DNA of 64,000 nt, taken from positions 224,001-288,000 of the forward strand of contig CBDCKW010000005.1 in NCBI GenBank assembly GCA_965218435.1, given 5' to 3'. The DNA comes from Truepera sp. Its GTDB lineage: Bacteria; Deinococcota; Deinococci; Deinococcales; Trueperaceae. The translations under genes were made by a program, and so were the position numbers. This document shows positions 51,708 to 61,580 of this stretch, piece by piece. The notes beneath the pieces were generated by a model. It saw only the letters and a program-made list of their open reading frames with translations, made no database searches and was not told the origin of the DNA. The stretch's first letter is position 1. Every line of letters starts with the position of its first letter.

Positions 51708-52200
51708 TGAGGAGAAAAACCTGTGTTCACTCGAGAAGACATCAACGTAGCTCTGGTCAGCAAGTTGGTCGCCACGCAGTTTCCCCGGTAGGCAAACTTG
51801 CCTATCAAACTCGTGGAGCCGAGCGGCTGGGACAACCGAACGTTTCTCCTCGGCTCCACCATGACGGTTCGGCTACCGAGTGCCGAGGGCTACGCGCCCC
51901 AAGTGAAAAAGGAACACCGCTGGTTGCCCAAACTCGCACCGCTGTTGCCCCTGCCCATTCCTGTTCCTCTGGCAAAAGGGGAACCCGATGACGGCTATCC
52001 CTGGTCGTGGTCTATCTACCCCTGGCTCGAGGGCGAGACGGCAACTCTGGAACGCATCGCCGACTTACCAGAGTTTGCAACGACACTCGCCCACTTTCTC
52101 ACGGCTCTCTAAACCATAGACGCCACAGCTGGACCCCTGTCGGCACCTCACAGTGGTTTTCGTGGTGGACTCTTGAGTACTTACGGCGCGGAGACTCGAG
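51708..52200 (+). pseudogene. Aminoglycoside phosphotransferase family, N-terminal part
   Basis: SGWDNRTF, VRLPSA, KEHRWLP, YPWSWSIYPWLEG; internal stops. Confidence 0.85.
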
Positions 52201-52235
52201 CTACGCTTCCTGTTGGGACTCGCTCTTAGTAACAG

Positions 52236-53228
52236 CTAATCTACCATACCCAATCGCGTCACATATTTACCCTCACCGCGACCATCAGCGAGCAACTGGT
52301 GGACGGTAGCTACACCGGTCAGCGAGCCTATCTCGGTTACGGGAATGTTGAGCTGGCCGGTAGCGATTAGGTCTAGGACGTGGCGGAGAGCTTCAGCGAC
52401 ACGCTGTGGGGCCGTACGGGTCAGGCTGCTGAGACTAAAACCGCCGACTGCCAAATTACTGCTGATGAGCCGTCCAACGGGTGGTAGTGAGGCAAGCTGC
52501 CCGCCGTTGGCATTGCCGAACAGTACAACGCGGCCACCAGGCGCAGCAACTGCCAAGTCAACGTCGAGCATACTGGTACCTAACGGGTCTAAAACGATGT
52601 CTACACCGCCGCCAACCACAGCACGTACTTTTTCGGTCAGGTCACTGTCACGAGCGAGTGCGACATCGTAGCCGTTCTTTTTCGCAGCATAGACTTTCTC
52701 GGGGTGGCCGACGGTTCCAATACGCAGCCCCCCACCCAAAATAGGCACCAGTTGAGCTACGGCGCTGCCCACGCCACCGCTAGCCGAATGTACTAACACG
52801 CTTTCGTTGGCACGTAGTCTGGCGACGTCGGTGAGCAGCAGCAAGGCCGTACTCAGCATGACCGGGGCAGCTGCTGCGACCCGTAATGGTACCCCGTGCG
52901 GCACCGGCACGGTCAGTGCTGCTCGGGCGAGTGCAACCTCAGCGAGTCCACCACCCATAGTAAATGCAGCTACCTGCTGGCCTACAATTAGATCGTTGAC
53001 ACCCATGCCTACCTTACGAACGGTACCAGCAACCTCTAAACCGGGCAGGTAAGGCCACGCGCACACATAGCCTGCATCACCCCGACGCGCCATCACGTCG
53101 ATGAAATTGATCCCGGCATAGATGACGTTGATACTCACCTCACCCTCGTTCGGGCAGGGCTCGTCGATCTCCTGCACCACTGTGAAGTCCGATCCTTGCG
53201 ACGGTGCGGTCATTACTAAAGCGTACAT
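52236..53228 (-). CDS. Quinone oxidoreductase-like MDR family protein
   Basis: AGINFID, PGLEVAG, HSASGGVG, GVDIVLD. Confidence 0.9.
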   Translation of the reverse strand: MYALVMTAPSQGSDFTVVQEIDEPCPNEGEVSINVIYAGINFIDVMARRGDAGYVCAWPYLPGLEVAGTVRKVGMGVNDLIVGQQVAAFTMGGGLAEVALARAALTVPVPHGVPLRVAAAAPVMLSTALLLLTDVARLRANESVLVHSASGGVGSAVAQLVPILGGGLRIGTVGHPEKVYAAKKNGYDVALARDSDLTEKVRAVVGGGVDIVLDPLGTSMLDVDLAVAAPGGRVVLFGNANGGQLASLPPVGRLISSNLAVGGFSLSSLTRTAPQRVAEALRHVLDLIATGQLNIPVTEIGSLTGVATVHQLLADGRGEGKYVTRLGMVD

Positions 53229-53240
53229 AACAGTCCCCTT

Positions 53241-53295
53241 TTCGACATTCGTCGTACGACGAATATTATATCATAAACATACGACGAACGTCGAA
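53241..53295. promoter_or_regulatory. Operators in the divergent qor/ArsR promoter
   Basis: Perfect palindrome ATTCGTCGTACGACGAAT (53247-53264); 15/16 IR 53241-53256 versus 53280-53295. Confidence 0.7.
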
Positions 53296-53299
53296 GGAG

Positions 53300-53653
53300 A
53301 TGTACGTGATGCCTAGATCACAACGCCGCTACACGAGCTTGGCTCACCCGAAAGCAACTGATTTCGACCTGTTAGATATCCTGCACGCACTCGCCGACCC
53401 CACCCGCATGATCATCGTCCAAACCTTACTTTCCGACCCGGAGCGAGCGTGTGGCACCTTTAACGTAGAGGTTGCGCCTTCTACGCTCTCTCATCATTTT
53501 CGGGTGCTTCGTGAAGCCGGGGTTATTCATCAGCGCGAGGAAGGTAACCGCCGGTGGACGACTCTTCGCCTCGAGGACCTTAAAACTCGTTTTCCCGGTC
53601 TCCTCGACGCTATTATTGCGGCCTACAACTACCAAACTGAACCGCCTTCATAG
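53300..53653 (+). CDS. ArsR/SmtB family regulator
   Basis: LHALADPTR, PSTLSHHFRVLREAG, RFPGLLDAI. Confidence 0.92.
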   Translation: MYVMPRSQRRYTSLAHPKATDFDLLDILHALADPTRMIIVQTLLSDPERACGTFNVEVAPSTLSHHFRVLREAGVIHQREEGNRRWTTLRLEDLKTRFPGLLDAIIAAYNYQTEPPS

Positions 53654-53871
53654 TCATCATATCGCCTCAAATTCCATTCTAAAAGCCGTGTCGCATTACC
53701 GCGACTTTATTCTGGTCTTATAACGACGATGTTGTGCGTGAAACCGGCCCAATGCACGCATAAGCAGCTCTGTTTACCCACATCCTCCATCGTCGTTGCC
53801 TTTACCTGGGGTTAAGTTCAACCACTTTAACGTGAACTGCTATCAAATCGGGTACATTAAATCTGTTATTG

Positions 53872-54065
53872 TGCTCTTTCAGGCGAAAATCGTCGGGCGT
53901 TCTATTCGGGCCTTCCGGCGGACAACGCAACGTGGGCGAGGGGACGCGGCTGGGCGTTGTGGAAGGCGCTCATTACCCTCGCCCAACGTCTCGACACCTA
54001 TCCTCAAGAAGCTGTCAAGGCCCGGTACGTGATTGATGAAGTGCTGGCTGATCCTATTGCTTGAT
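53872..54065 (+). pseudogene. Aminoglycoside phosphotransferase family, C-terminal part
   Basis: GENRRAF..DNATWARGRGWALWKALIT..VIDEVL. Confidence 0.75.
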
Positions 54066-54133
54066 AACGCCGAACAGTTCGGAGAACTTTTCATGATCAC
54101 GCTTCTTGGAATAGAGCCCATAACCATCAGCAC

Positions 54134-55075
54134 TTACGCCGAAAAGATGCGCATCAGGTGATGGGCCATCGTCTCAGGTGCGGCATCACGCAGGTAGTCA
54201 GGCCAATAGAGCAAACGTGTACGCCTCTCGGACTCGTTCATCGAAAACTTGATGGCATCCTCATTCACGCTCTCAACGCCCGATGCTTCAAGGGCACTGC
54301 AATAGGTTGCGATAACGGCGTCTTGAGCAATGTCCGCTCCATTAGCCTCAGCCCGTTGTATTAAAAACGTTAGGTCGCTTGGACCATATCCAATTCGCAC
54401 CTCTTGCCAGTCTGCCCAAAGCAAACGACCCTCCCCATCGCGCAGCAGGTTGTCGAGATGACAATCTCCGTGGCACAAGGTCATTGTCGTGTCTGGGCCG
54501 TAGTCTGGTTCTGTCCTGACCTCCACTAAAGCCGACTCGATTTCACCCAAGGTCGCGTCGGTCAAGACTTCACGAAGTTGTGGTTGCTGTGCCAGAGCCT
54601 GCCAGGTTTCATAGGCGTGTCGCGCATCCTTGGTAAGGTCTGACGGCTTCGGCTTTTCCAGCCACGATAAGTTATCAAGCTGGTCGGTGTGGTTCCAGTA
54701 CACAGCATGAAAACTCGCCAACTCTCTGGCGATTTCGGTGAACTCAGCCCCCTTCAGTTCACTTGCAGGCTTCATAGGCGTATATGCTGCGAGCAAAAGC
54801 GCACAAGAACCAGATTCTTCTATCAGACTCCCTAAGACGCGCGGGGTGTGGAGCGGTATACGCGCTGCCAACTCGTCGTAAAAGTAAATCTCACGGCAGC
54901 CTCGAGCCCGCACGTAAGCTGCACTGTCGGCAGCAATCACTTTCAACACACACAGCTCAGTGAGTCCGTGAACCCGGTAAGTTGCTGCCCCGGACACGCC
55001 ACCACTCAACAACTCCAGGTCAGCAGACAACGCCTCTTCAATTTGCAAACGCCGGGTTTTCTCTCCGGTGTCCAT
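54134..55075 (-). CDS. APH / choline kinase-like phosphotransferase
   Basis: LSGGVSG, TLCHGDCHLDNLL, DWQ. Confidence 0.85.
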   Translation of the reverse strand: MDTGEKTRRLQIEEALSADLELLSGGVSGAATYRVHGLTELCVLKVIAADSAAYVRARGCREIYFYDELAARIPLHTPRVLGSLIEESGSCALLLAAYTPMKPASELKGAEFTEIARELASFHAVYWNHTDQLDNLSWLEKPKPSDLTKDARHAYETWQALAQQPQLREVLTDATLGEIESALVEVRTEPDYGPDTTMTLCHGDCHLDNLLRDGEGRLLWADWQEVRIGYGPSDLTFLIQRAEANGADIAQDAVIATYCSALEASGVESVNEDAIKFSMNESERRTRLLYWPDYLRDAAPETMAHHLMRIFSA

Positions 55076-55193
55076 GCTTGCGCCAATTTAGCAAAAGGTA
55101 TCTTGCCTGTATTGACACAAAAAATATCGCCACAATCTCGCAACCACTCAACACACCACCTTAGCCAAACCTCGCTATTACGGCAGGCGGCGG

Positions 55194-55478
55194 TTGAATC
55201 ACATGCCTAAGTTCGTGGCTTCGACGACCCTTCAAGAAACCGAGTGGAAAGCAACCCTAATAGAGAGTGAGGTTGCCGAAGGCGTCTCTAAGCCAAAAGA
55301 ATCCCAGAACCTTCTAATCTACGGTAGTGCCAAGCTGGTGCAGTCACTCATGCAGCATGGCCTTATCGACGTGTACCGGCTGATGGTGCATACAGTTGTT
55401 CTCGGGCAGAGGCTTCGTCTTTTTGTCGAGAAGAGTACAACGACGGGCTTTGCACAGAAAGTCCACAAAGAGTTATAA
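55194..55478 (+). pseudogene. RibD-C family C-terminal remnant
   Basis: PKFVASTTL, LIYGSAKLVQSLMQHGLID. Confidence 0.75.
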
Positions 55479-55591
55479 ATGAGGGGTGCGCGCATCATCT
55501 CAGCGTGGTCGTACTAGGCTCAACGCTGCCTGGAACATCATCTTTAGACTGCACGTTTTGTAACTGCTACTTAGCCGATGGTTTATCCTCT

Positions 55592-56848
55592 TTATGCCGG
55601 TAGTTTGACGATAAACCGTGCACCGCCCTCCTCACAGTTGGCAACTGCGACCGTCCCACCATGCAGTTCAACCAACGTCTTGACGATGGCCAAACCCAAA
55701 CCACTACCCCCCGTCAATCGGTTGCGGCTGGCTTCAACGCGGTAAAAGCGGTCGAAGATGTGCGCGAGAGCTTCTTCGGGAATACCCGGACCGCTGTCCT
55801 CGACCGTCCAGTTGGTGCCTCCACCGTAGGCGTTCATAGTCACGCTTATCCGACCCCTCTTGGGCGTGTGCTGGAGGGCATTACTCAGCAGATTATGAAG
55901 AACTTGGCGTATACGAACGGCGTCAACGACGCCCCAAATTTCGGTATCGACATGGTTATAAACAATTAAAATCTCGGTGTCTCTGGCCTCGATCTCTAAA
56001 CTTTGGAGCACGCTCTGCGTCAGGACGACGAGTTCAGTCGGCTGCCGGTTGAACTTCAAGCGACCTACCTCGGCCAGCGAGAGAAGGCGCAGATCATCGA
56101 CCAGCCGGGAGAGAAGGTCAACTTCTTGAACGAGCGACGCGACCTCGTCTCGGTCGGGCCGCAAGATACCGTCTTGAAACGCATCGAGTTGGGCTTGCAA
56201 GATTGAGAGTGGCGTGCGTAACTCATGGGCGATATCGGCGATCAGCTGCCGGCGTTCATCCTCGAGCCGCGCCAATGTTTCCGCCATCGTATTGAAACGC
56301 TTGGCTAGCAGGGTAAGTTCATCTTCGGCGCGTTCAGACCGTTTTGGTAAGCGCACCCTGGCACTCAGGTCACCGCGGGTCACACGGTCGGCGGCGGCGG
56401 CAACTGCGGCTATCGGCCTCGCTACACGCCACGACAGCCACACGGTTAGGGCCGCTACCGGTAGGGCAATCCACAAGACCAGAAAGAGTGGAGAAAACCA
56501 GCTGTTAGGCCGGTGAGCCTCGAGCAAGAGGTTGGTTATGGCGCTCAAATCATCTGGTGCTACACCGTGCCCGAGTCGTTCGGTGATCCGCGACGCGAGT
56601 TGGTCGCGCTGCTGCGCTTCGCTGAGAGTTAAGTTATCGAGGATGGCGCGTGTTTCCCTACCGAACGCCGTATCCGACCTTGCTAAAGCCCGCTCGTAGT
56701 GCTGACGTTGTGCCCTTGGCATCGGCCAGGTCGGGGTCAGCGTTTGAAAGGCAAGCACCAGCAAGCTCTCGAAAACGACGACGACCACAACGATAACAAA
56801 GCTCAACCGTACGGCTAGACGTTTACTAAACGGCACTTTCGTTGTCAT
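55592..56848 (-). CDS. Sensor histidine kinase (BaeS-like)
   Basis: HAMP domain, IAHELRTPL, NLLSNAL, DSGPGI, GSGLGL. Confidence 0.95.
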   Translation of the reverse strand: MTTKVPFSKRLAVRLSFVIVVVVVVFESLLVLAFQTLTPTWPMPRAQRQHYERALARSDTAFGRETRAILDNLTLSEAQQRDQLASRITERLGHGVAPDDLSAITNLLLEAHRPNSWFSPLFLVLWIALPVAALTVWLSWRVARPIAAVAAAADRVTRGDLSARVRLPKRSERAEDELTLLAKRFNTMAETLARLEDERRQLIADIAHELRTPLSILQAQLDAFQDGILRPDRDEVASLVQEVDLLSRLVDDLRLLSLAEVGRLKFNRQPTELVVLTQSVLQSLEIEARDTEILIVYNHVDTEIWGVVDAVRIRQVLHNLLSNALQHTPKRGRISVTMNAYGGGTNWTVEDSGPGIPEEALAHIFDRFYRVEASRNRLTGGSGLGLAIVKTLVELHGGTVAVANCEEGGARFIVKLPA

Positions 56849-57525
56849 GACGGCGCTTTCAGCCGGTAACCGACACCACGGACATTCTGGAGGATACCGG
56901 TTAACCCACCCTGCGCGAGTTTGCGCCGCAAATTGGTGATATGCGAGTCCACGGTACGCTCGAGGGCGTCGCTTTCGGGATTGGCCGCCTCGAGCAGCTC
57001 CGAGCGGCTATAAATGCGTCCAGGGTAGCGGGCGAGCTGATAGAGGATGCGAAACTCAACCGGCGTCGGCTCCAGGTCACCCTCCCCTACCGTAGCCGAA
57101 AGTTTGAGCGGATCGAGGTGCAAGGGGCCGAGCTGCAGCGGGGCGTCGCGGCGGTCGGGTGGCGTGGCGGGGCGGCGGAGTACCGCCCTGATCCTGGCTA
57201 AGACCTCCCTGGGCCGGAACGGTTTGGGGATGTAGTCGTCAGCCCCCAGCTCGAGCCCCAATACCGTATCGATCTCCTCGACGCGGGCGGTCAGCATGAT
57301 CACTGGTGTGCTGCCTGCGGCCCGGATGGTTTTAAGCACCTCGAGGCCGCTGAGTTCAGGGAGCAAGATATCGAGCAAAACCAAATCTGGACGGTACACA
57401 CGGAATACTTCCAACGCGCGCACCCCGTTCTCGGCCCGCTCGGTTTGAAAGCCCGCCTCGCGCAGGTACGCCTCGAGGATACGGGCGAGCTTCCATTCAT
57501 CTTCAACGATCAAAATACGGGCCAC
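56845..57525 (-). CDS. OmpR family response regulator (BaeR-like)
   Basis: ILIVEDE, LLDILLP, GADDYIPKPF, VRGVGY. Confidence 0.95.
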   Translation of the reverse strand: MARILIVEDEWKLARILEAYLREAGFQTERAENGVRALEVFRVYRPDLVLLDILLPELSGLEVLKTIRAAGSTPVIMLTARVEEIDTVLGLELGADDYIPKPFRPREVLARIRAVLRRPATPPDRRDAPLQLGPLHLDPLKLSATVGEGDLEPTPVEFRILYQLARYPGRIYSRSELLEAANPESDALERTVDSHITNLRRKLAQGGLTGILQNVRGVGYRLKAPS

Positions 57526-57663
57526 GAGTTCTTGCTTGCTCCTTTACCCACCTATCGTAGCGAAACTTCGTTGAGCGTGCGGCGAGGTATCTTCACACTC
57601 GCTCAACACACGCTTGGAAAATGCTCAACCGTTCTCTGTCACGCTGCAAGGCAAGGAGGACGT

Positions 57664-58314
57664 ATGGCATCTGCAACATCTGTCACGCTTCAAACCCACG
57701 CGTCGCTAAGCCGCCAGTACGACGACGCTGCCCCAAACTGGCAAACGAAGATTCGGCGGTTACGTTATGACCAAGCCTACAAGGACACCCTAGAGCGGGT
57801 GAATTACCTGGGTCTCGAACCGGGTGCCCATGTTTTAGATGCTGGGATAGGGGGCGGGGCGCTGAGCCTCGCGCTTGTAAGTGGGCTGGGCACCCTTCAC
57901 GTGACAGGCGTCGATGTCGCGCCGAAGATGCTGGTCGAGGCCAGCCATACCCTAGCGGGTGCGGTCGCAAGCTACGACTCCTATTGTGCTGATGTACGCG
58001 CACTGCAGCTCCCGGACAGCGTTTTCGACGGGGTCGTCAGCGCGCATCTGCTCGAGCATTTTGCTGATCCAGCGGCTGCCTTGGGAGAACTCTACCGCGT
58101 TTTGCGACCCGGTGCACCACTCTTTGTCATGGTGACCCGGCAGGGACTCGGGGGACGGTGGATCAAGCGCAGATGGCCTATCTACCTACTGACGCCACGC
58201 ACGTTGAGGCAAACTCTTGAGCAAGCAGGCTTTCATAAGATTGAGCAGGTTCCGGTTCAAGGACCCCTCTGGTGCCGCCATTTAAGTCTGGCATTCCTCG
58301 CTTGGAAAGTATGA
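57664..58314 (+). CDS. Class I SAM-dependent methyltransferase
   Basis: VLDAGIGGG, GVDVAPKML, LYRVLRPG. Confidence 0.9.
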   Translation: MASATSVTLQTHASLSRQYDDAAPNWQTKIRRLRYDQAYKDTLERVNYLGLEPGAHVLDAGIGGGALSLALVSGLGTLHVTGVDVAPKMLVEASHTLAGAVASYDSYCADVRALQLPDSVFDGVVSAHLLEHFADPAAALGELYRVLRPGAPLFVMVTRQGLGGRWIKRRWPIYLLTPRTLRQTLEQAGFHKIEQVPVQGPLWCRHLSLAFLAWKV

Positions 58315-58790
58315 AGGTCTCGGTGACGGTCATCTTCTGGCGCTTTCTTGCCTTGACACTGACCGCCTTAACGATGGGACTCACCTTTGCCCACGCGCTC
58401 GAGGCACTTCCCAAACTGCGCTGGAATGGGGAGCTCTACCTCTCGGTGCAGACCAACCTCTACTACCTTTTCGGCAACGTCGGCGCAGCAACCGAAGTTG
58501 GAGCCATCGTAGCTGCGTTCGTCCTTACGGCTCTTGTTCGGGATCGAGGTAGGGTCTTCGGCTGGACACTAGCAGGTGCGCTTATCTTTTTGAGTTCCTT
58601 GGTCGTGTGGTTTTTATTCGTTGCCCCCGTCAACGCTCAAACGGGTGCTTGGCAGCAAGCGAGGGCTGTTCCTGCCGACTGGAAAAACTGGCGTAACCAA
58701 TGGGAGGTAGCTCAGACGACGTGTTTTGTGCTGCACCTGTTCGGTTTCGGGGCACTGCTGCGTTCGGTTTTACTCGAGACACCCTCATGA
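58311..58790 (+). CDS. DUF1772-like membrane protein
   Basis: AHALE, VAPVN, WRNQWE; ATGA-coupled on both sides. Confidence 0.75.
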   Translation: MKVSVTVIFWRFLALTLTALTMGLTFAHALEALPKLRWNGELYLSVQTNLYYLFGNVGAATEVGAIVAAFVLTALVRDRGRVFGWTLAGALIFLSSLVVWFLFVAPVNAQTGAWQQARAVPADWKNWRNQWEVAQTTCFVLHLFGFGALLRSVLLETPS

Positions 58791-59854
58791 AACGCTTTTG
58801 GCAGGTTGTCCTGAGTCTTTTTGCGTTTACAGTCATATCTATCGTCGTGACGAGTTGTGCGCCTGTTTACACCCAGGCTTTTCGTGATGCCAAGGGCAAG
58901 CTTGTCCCGAAGAGTGTAGCGGTGATAGAGCAGATTCGTATTAACGGCGTTAACCAGAGCTTGTGGTTCCGTGGTGTAAATATCGATAATCTCGCTCTCA
59001 TCCTGCTGCACGGCGGGCCGGGAACCAGTGAGTCGGCGCTCTTTCGCCACTATAACAGCGAGCTGGAAAAGCACTTCTTGGTGGTGTACTGGGAACAGCG
59101 CGGGGCAGGACGCTCATATCATCCCCCCCCTGCGTCGATGACCGTCCGGCAGTTCGTCGCTGATTTGCACGAGGTCGTCAAGCTGGTCAAGCGGCGTTTT
59201 GGTAAGGATAAAGTTGTGCTGCTCGGGCACTCGTGGGGCACGGTGATCGGCACGCTTTACGCTTCCGAGTATCCGGAAGACGTGGCTGCATATGTCGGCG
59301 TGGGTCAGATTGCCGACGTCGCTGAGGGTGAAAAGTTGTCCTACCGGTTTGCCCTTGATGAGGCTATTCGTAGGCATGACCAGGCCGCGTTTCGGGAGCT
59401 TAGATGGATGGGTCTGCCGCCCCACACCGTCGCTGAGCTGTTAGCGAAGGGCCGCTGGGTCGAGCGGTTCGGCGGCGATTTCCACGCCGACATGGATACC
59501 GGCAGCCTGATCTGGGCTGCGCTTTCGGCTGATGAAACGAACCTCGCCGACCTGATTAAATTCGGTCAGGGGAACGCGTTTTCGCTCGAGTATCTGTGGC
59601 CTGAGTTCTCTCACGTTGCACTCGACGACCACGTTCTAAATTTTAAGGTGCCGGTGTTTTTCCTCGAGGGACGCCACGACTGGAATGTCCCTGCCGTACT
59701 CGCCGAGCGGTACTTTCAGAAACTTCACGCACCCTACAAGAAGCTTATCTGGTTTAGCGGGTCGGCGCATAACCCGCCCTTCGAGGAGCCTGACGTTTTC
59801 GATAAAGTTTTGATTCAAGAGATATTACCGGTAGTAATGAGCCAGGTTGAGTAG
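58787..59854 (+). CDS. Alpha/beta hydrolase (proline iminopeptidase-like)
   Basis: LHGGPG, WEQRGAGRS, GHSWG, SAHNPPFEEP. Confidence 0.9.
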   Translation: MKRFWQVVLSLFAFTVISIVVTSCAPVYTQAFRDAKGKLVPKSVAVIEQIRINGVNQSLWFRGVNIDNLALILLHGGPGTSESALFRHYNSELEKHFLVVYWEQRGAGRSYHPPPASMTVRQFVADLHEVVKLVKRRFGKDKVVLLGHSWGTVIGTLYASEYPEDVAAYVGVGQIADVAEGEKLSYRFALDEAIRRHDQAAFRELRWMGLPPHTVAELLAKGRWVERFGGDFHADMDTGSLIWAALSADETNLADLIKFGQGNAFSLEYLWPEFSHVALDDHVLNFKVPVFFLEGRHDWNVPAVLAERYFQKLHAPYKKLIWFSGSAHNPPFEEPDVFDKVLIQEILPVVMSQVE

Positions 59855-60119
59855 ACGTTCCGCTGGGACAAGAAGTAGTTTGCTGCCCACCGCCAAGCGT
59901 TAGCTCGTCATTTTGAGGAGCGTCGAGCCATGACGGAGAGTGTTACGGGCAAATTTATACTGCCTAACTCCTTGACGTAAGAAATGACGAAATAAGGTTC
60001 GTTTAGGCTCTTAGCGCGTTCCAGTTAACCGCCTATGCTGCAAATGGGCTGGAAGCACGCGCAAATGCTACGTTGCTTAACACTACTTTGAAACGGCAAG
60101 GCTCAGGGCGTCAGCAACC

Positions 60120-60983
60120 TCAAGGAACCGACTTCTCTAAAAAGTCCCGAATAGCTTGGGTGATCTGCTCCTTTGCCTCTTCTTGGAGAAAATGACCCGC
60201 GTCAAGCTCTGACGTTTCGGGATTCTCGAACATCGTTTGCCAGCGAGTTAAGAAACTCGGGGGCACCAGCTTGTCTTTCATCCCCCAAAGTAGCAGGGCC
60301 GGTTTATCTGCTATCGCCACTCGCTTGTCCCACAATGTCTCAAACCACCCGTTAGACTCGGCTATCGTCGCGACAAGTTCGTAGAGTGCTTTACGGCTTT
60401 GCGGGGTTGGAAACGGCCCCCGGTAATGCTTCAGCAGCTCACCCGTTAAAACTGTTCGGTCTGCAAACCCCAGCCGTAAGAGTACGTTGACCGAAAAGTT
60501 CAACCGGGTGTAGAGAAACCTGCCGAACGGGTTGCTGAGTACTCTACCCGCTCTTTCGAGCGACGCGTTAGGCCACAGCCAAGTATTCATCACCACGAGT
60601 GCCCGAACGTTTTCAGGATGCTCGAGCGCGTAAGAGAGACCGATGGGGCCGCCGAAGTCGTGGACGACCAGCACAATATCTTTAAGCTCGAGCTTGTCAA
60701 TAAGTCGCCCCAAATTCTCTGCGTGTGCTACTGGGGTATAAGCAAACGCTTCGGGTTTATCTGAAAGACCGAAACCGAGCTGATCCGGTGCAACGCAGCG
60801 ATAACTATCAGCTAAGCCTCGGACGAGGTGGCGGTACAAAAATGACCAGCTCGGCGTACCGTGAACCATTACGATAGGTACACCTTCACCTTCGTCTAGG
60901 TAATGCATACGACCTGATTCAACCTCGAGGTAGTTTCCTGCAAAAGGATAGAATGCCGGGTTAAGCCATATAGGTCGGGTCAT
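60120..60983 (-). CDS. Haloalkane dehalogenase-like alpha/beta hydrolase
   Basis: HGTPSWSFLYR, GFGLSDKP, VHDFGG (Asp nucleophile), AGHFLQE. Confidence 0.88.
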   Translation of the reverse strand: MTRPIWLNPAFYPFAGNYLEVESGRMHYLDEGEGVPIVMVHGTPSWSFLYRHLVRGLADSYRCVAPDQLGFGLSDKPEAFAYTPVAHAENLGRLIDKLELKDIVLVVHDFGGPIGLSYALEHPENVRALVVMNTWLWPNASLERAGRVLSNPFGRFLYTRLNFSVNVLLRLGFADRTVLTGELLKHYRGPFPTPQSRKALYELVATIAESNGWFETLWDKRVAIADKPALLLWGMKDKLVPPSFLTRWQTMFENPETSELDAGHFLQEEAKEQITQAIRDFLEKSVP

Positions 60984-61549
60984 GAGGAAACCTCCTGATA
61001 TTTGCCGAGCAGCGCTCCCAGAACACGTTCAAACGGGTAGTCGGGCTCGAGCATCGCGTGCTGACAAATACCGTCGATAGCGGCAAAAAGTAGGCGCGAT
61101 TCCGTCTCGGGGTGAGCTACGTTTAAGTTCTGACATATCTGCTCTAACTGCTCGCGGATGCTCTTGATACCCGAATAGATAACAGAACCTAATGCTTGAA
61201 CAGCTGACGGTTGAAAGCGCAAAGTATAAAAGAGCCGCCAGAAGTCACGATTTGCTTGCATGAGGTCGAACGTTTTACGCAGTAGCAGTTCTAAACGCCC
61301 TACACCATCAACTGCTGCGTCAAGCTCGAGGGTAGAGCGCACGTCTTGCATACTTTTTTCAAATAGCGCCAACAAGAGGGCTTCTTTATTCTCGAAGTGG
61401 ACATAGAGCAGCCCTTGAGAAACGCCTGCGCGTTGGGCAATCGCTTTAACACTGGTTCCGGCGTACCCGTACTCGGCAAAGAGTTCTAGAGCACTCTTCA
61501 GGAGCCGTTCTTGCCGAGTTAAATCTCCTTCTACATTTGCGATAGCCAT
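60980..61549 (-). CDS. TetR family regulator
   Basis: LFAEYGYAGTSVKAIAQRAGVSQGLLYVHF. Confidence 0.95.
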   Translation of the reverse strand: MAIANVEGDLTRQERLLKSALELFAEYGYAGTSVKAIAQRAGVSQGLLYVHFENKEALLLALFEKSMQDVRSTLELDAAVDGVGRLELLLRKTFDLMQANRDFWRLFYTLRFQPSAVQALGSVIYSGIKSIREQLEQICQNLNVAHPETESRLLFAAIDGICQHAMLEPDYPFERVLGALLGKYQEVSS

Positions 61550-61580
61550 ACTCTTATTATAGTGAATGTTCGTTCATTCA
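61550..61580 (-). promoter_or_regulatory. Leaderless promoter and TetR operator
   Basis: TATAAT 6 nt before the ATG; palindrome TGAATG-N6-CATTCA (61563-61580). Confidence 0.7.

Noticed and set aside
24498..52200. Classical integron cassette array
   Set aside because: No recurring RYYYAAC...GTTRRRY attC hairpins seen in the spacers, no intI, and several genes carry their own promoters
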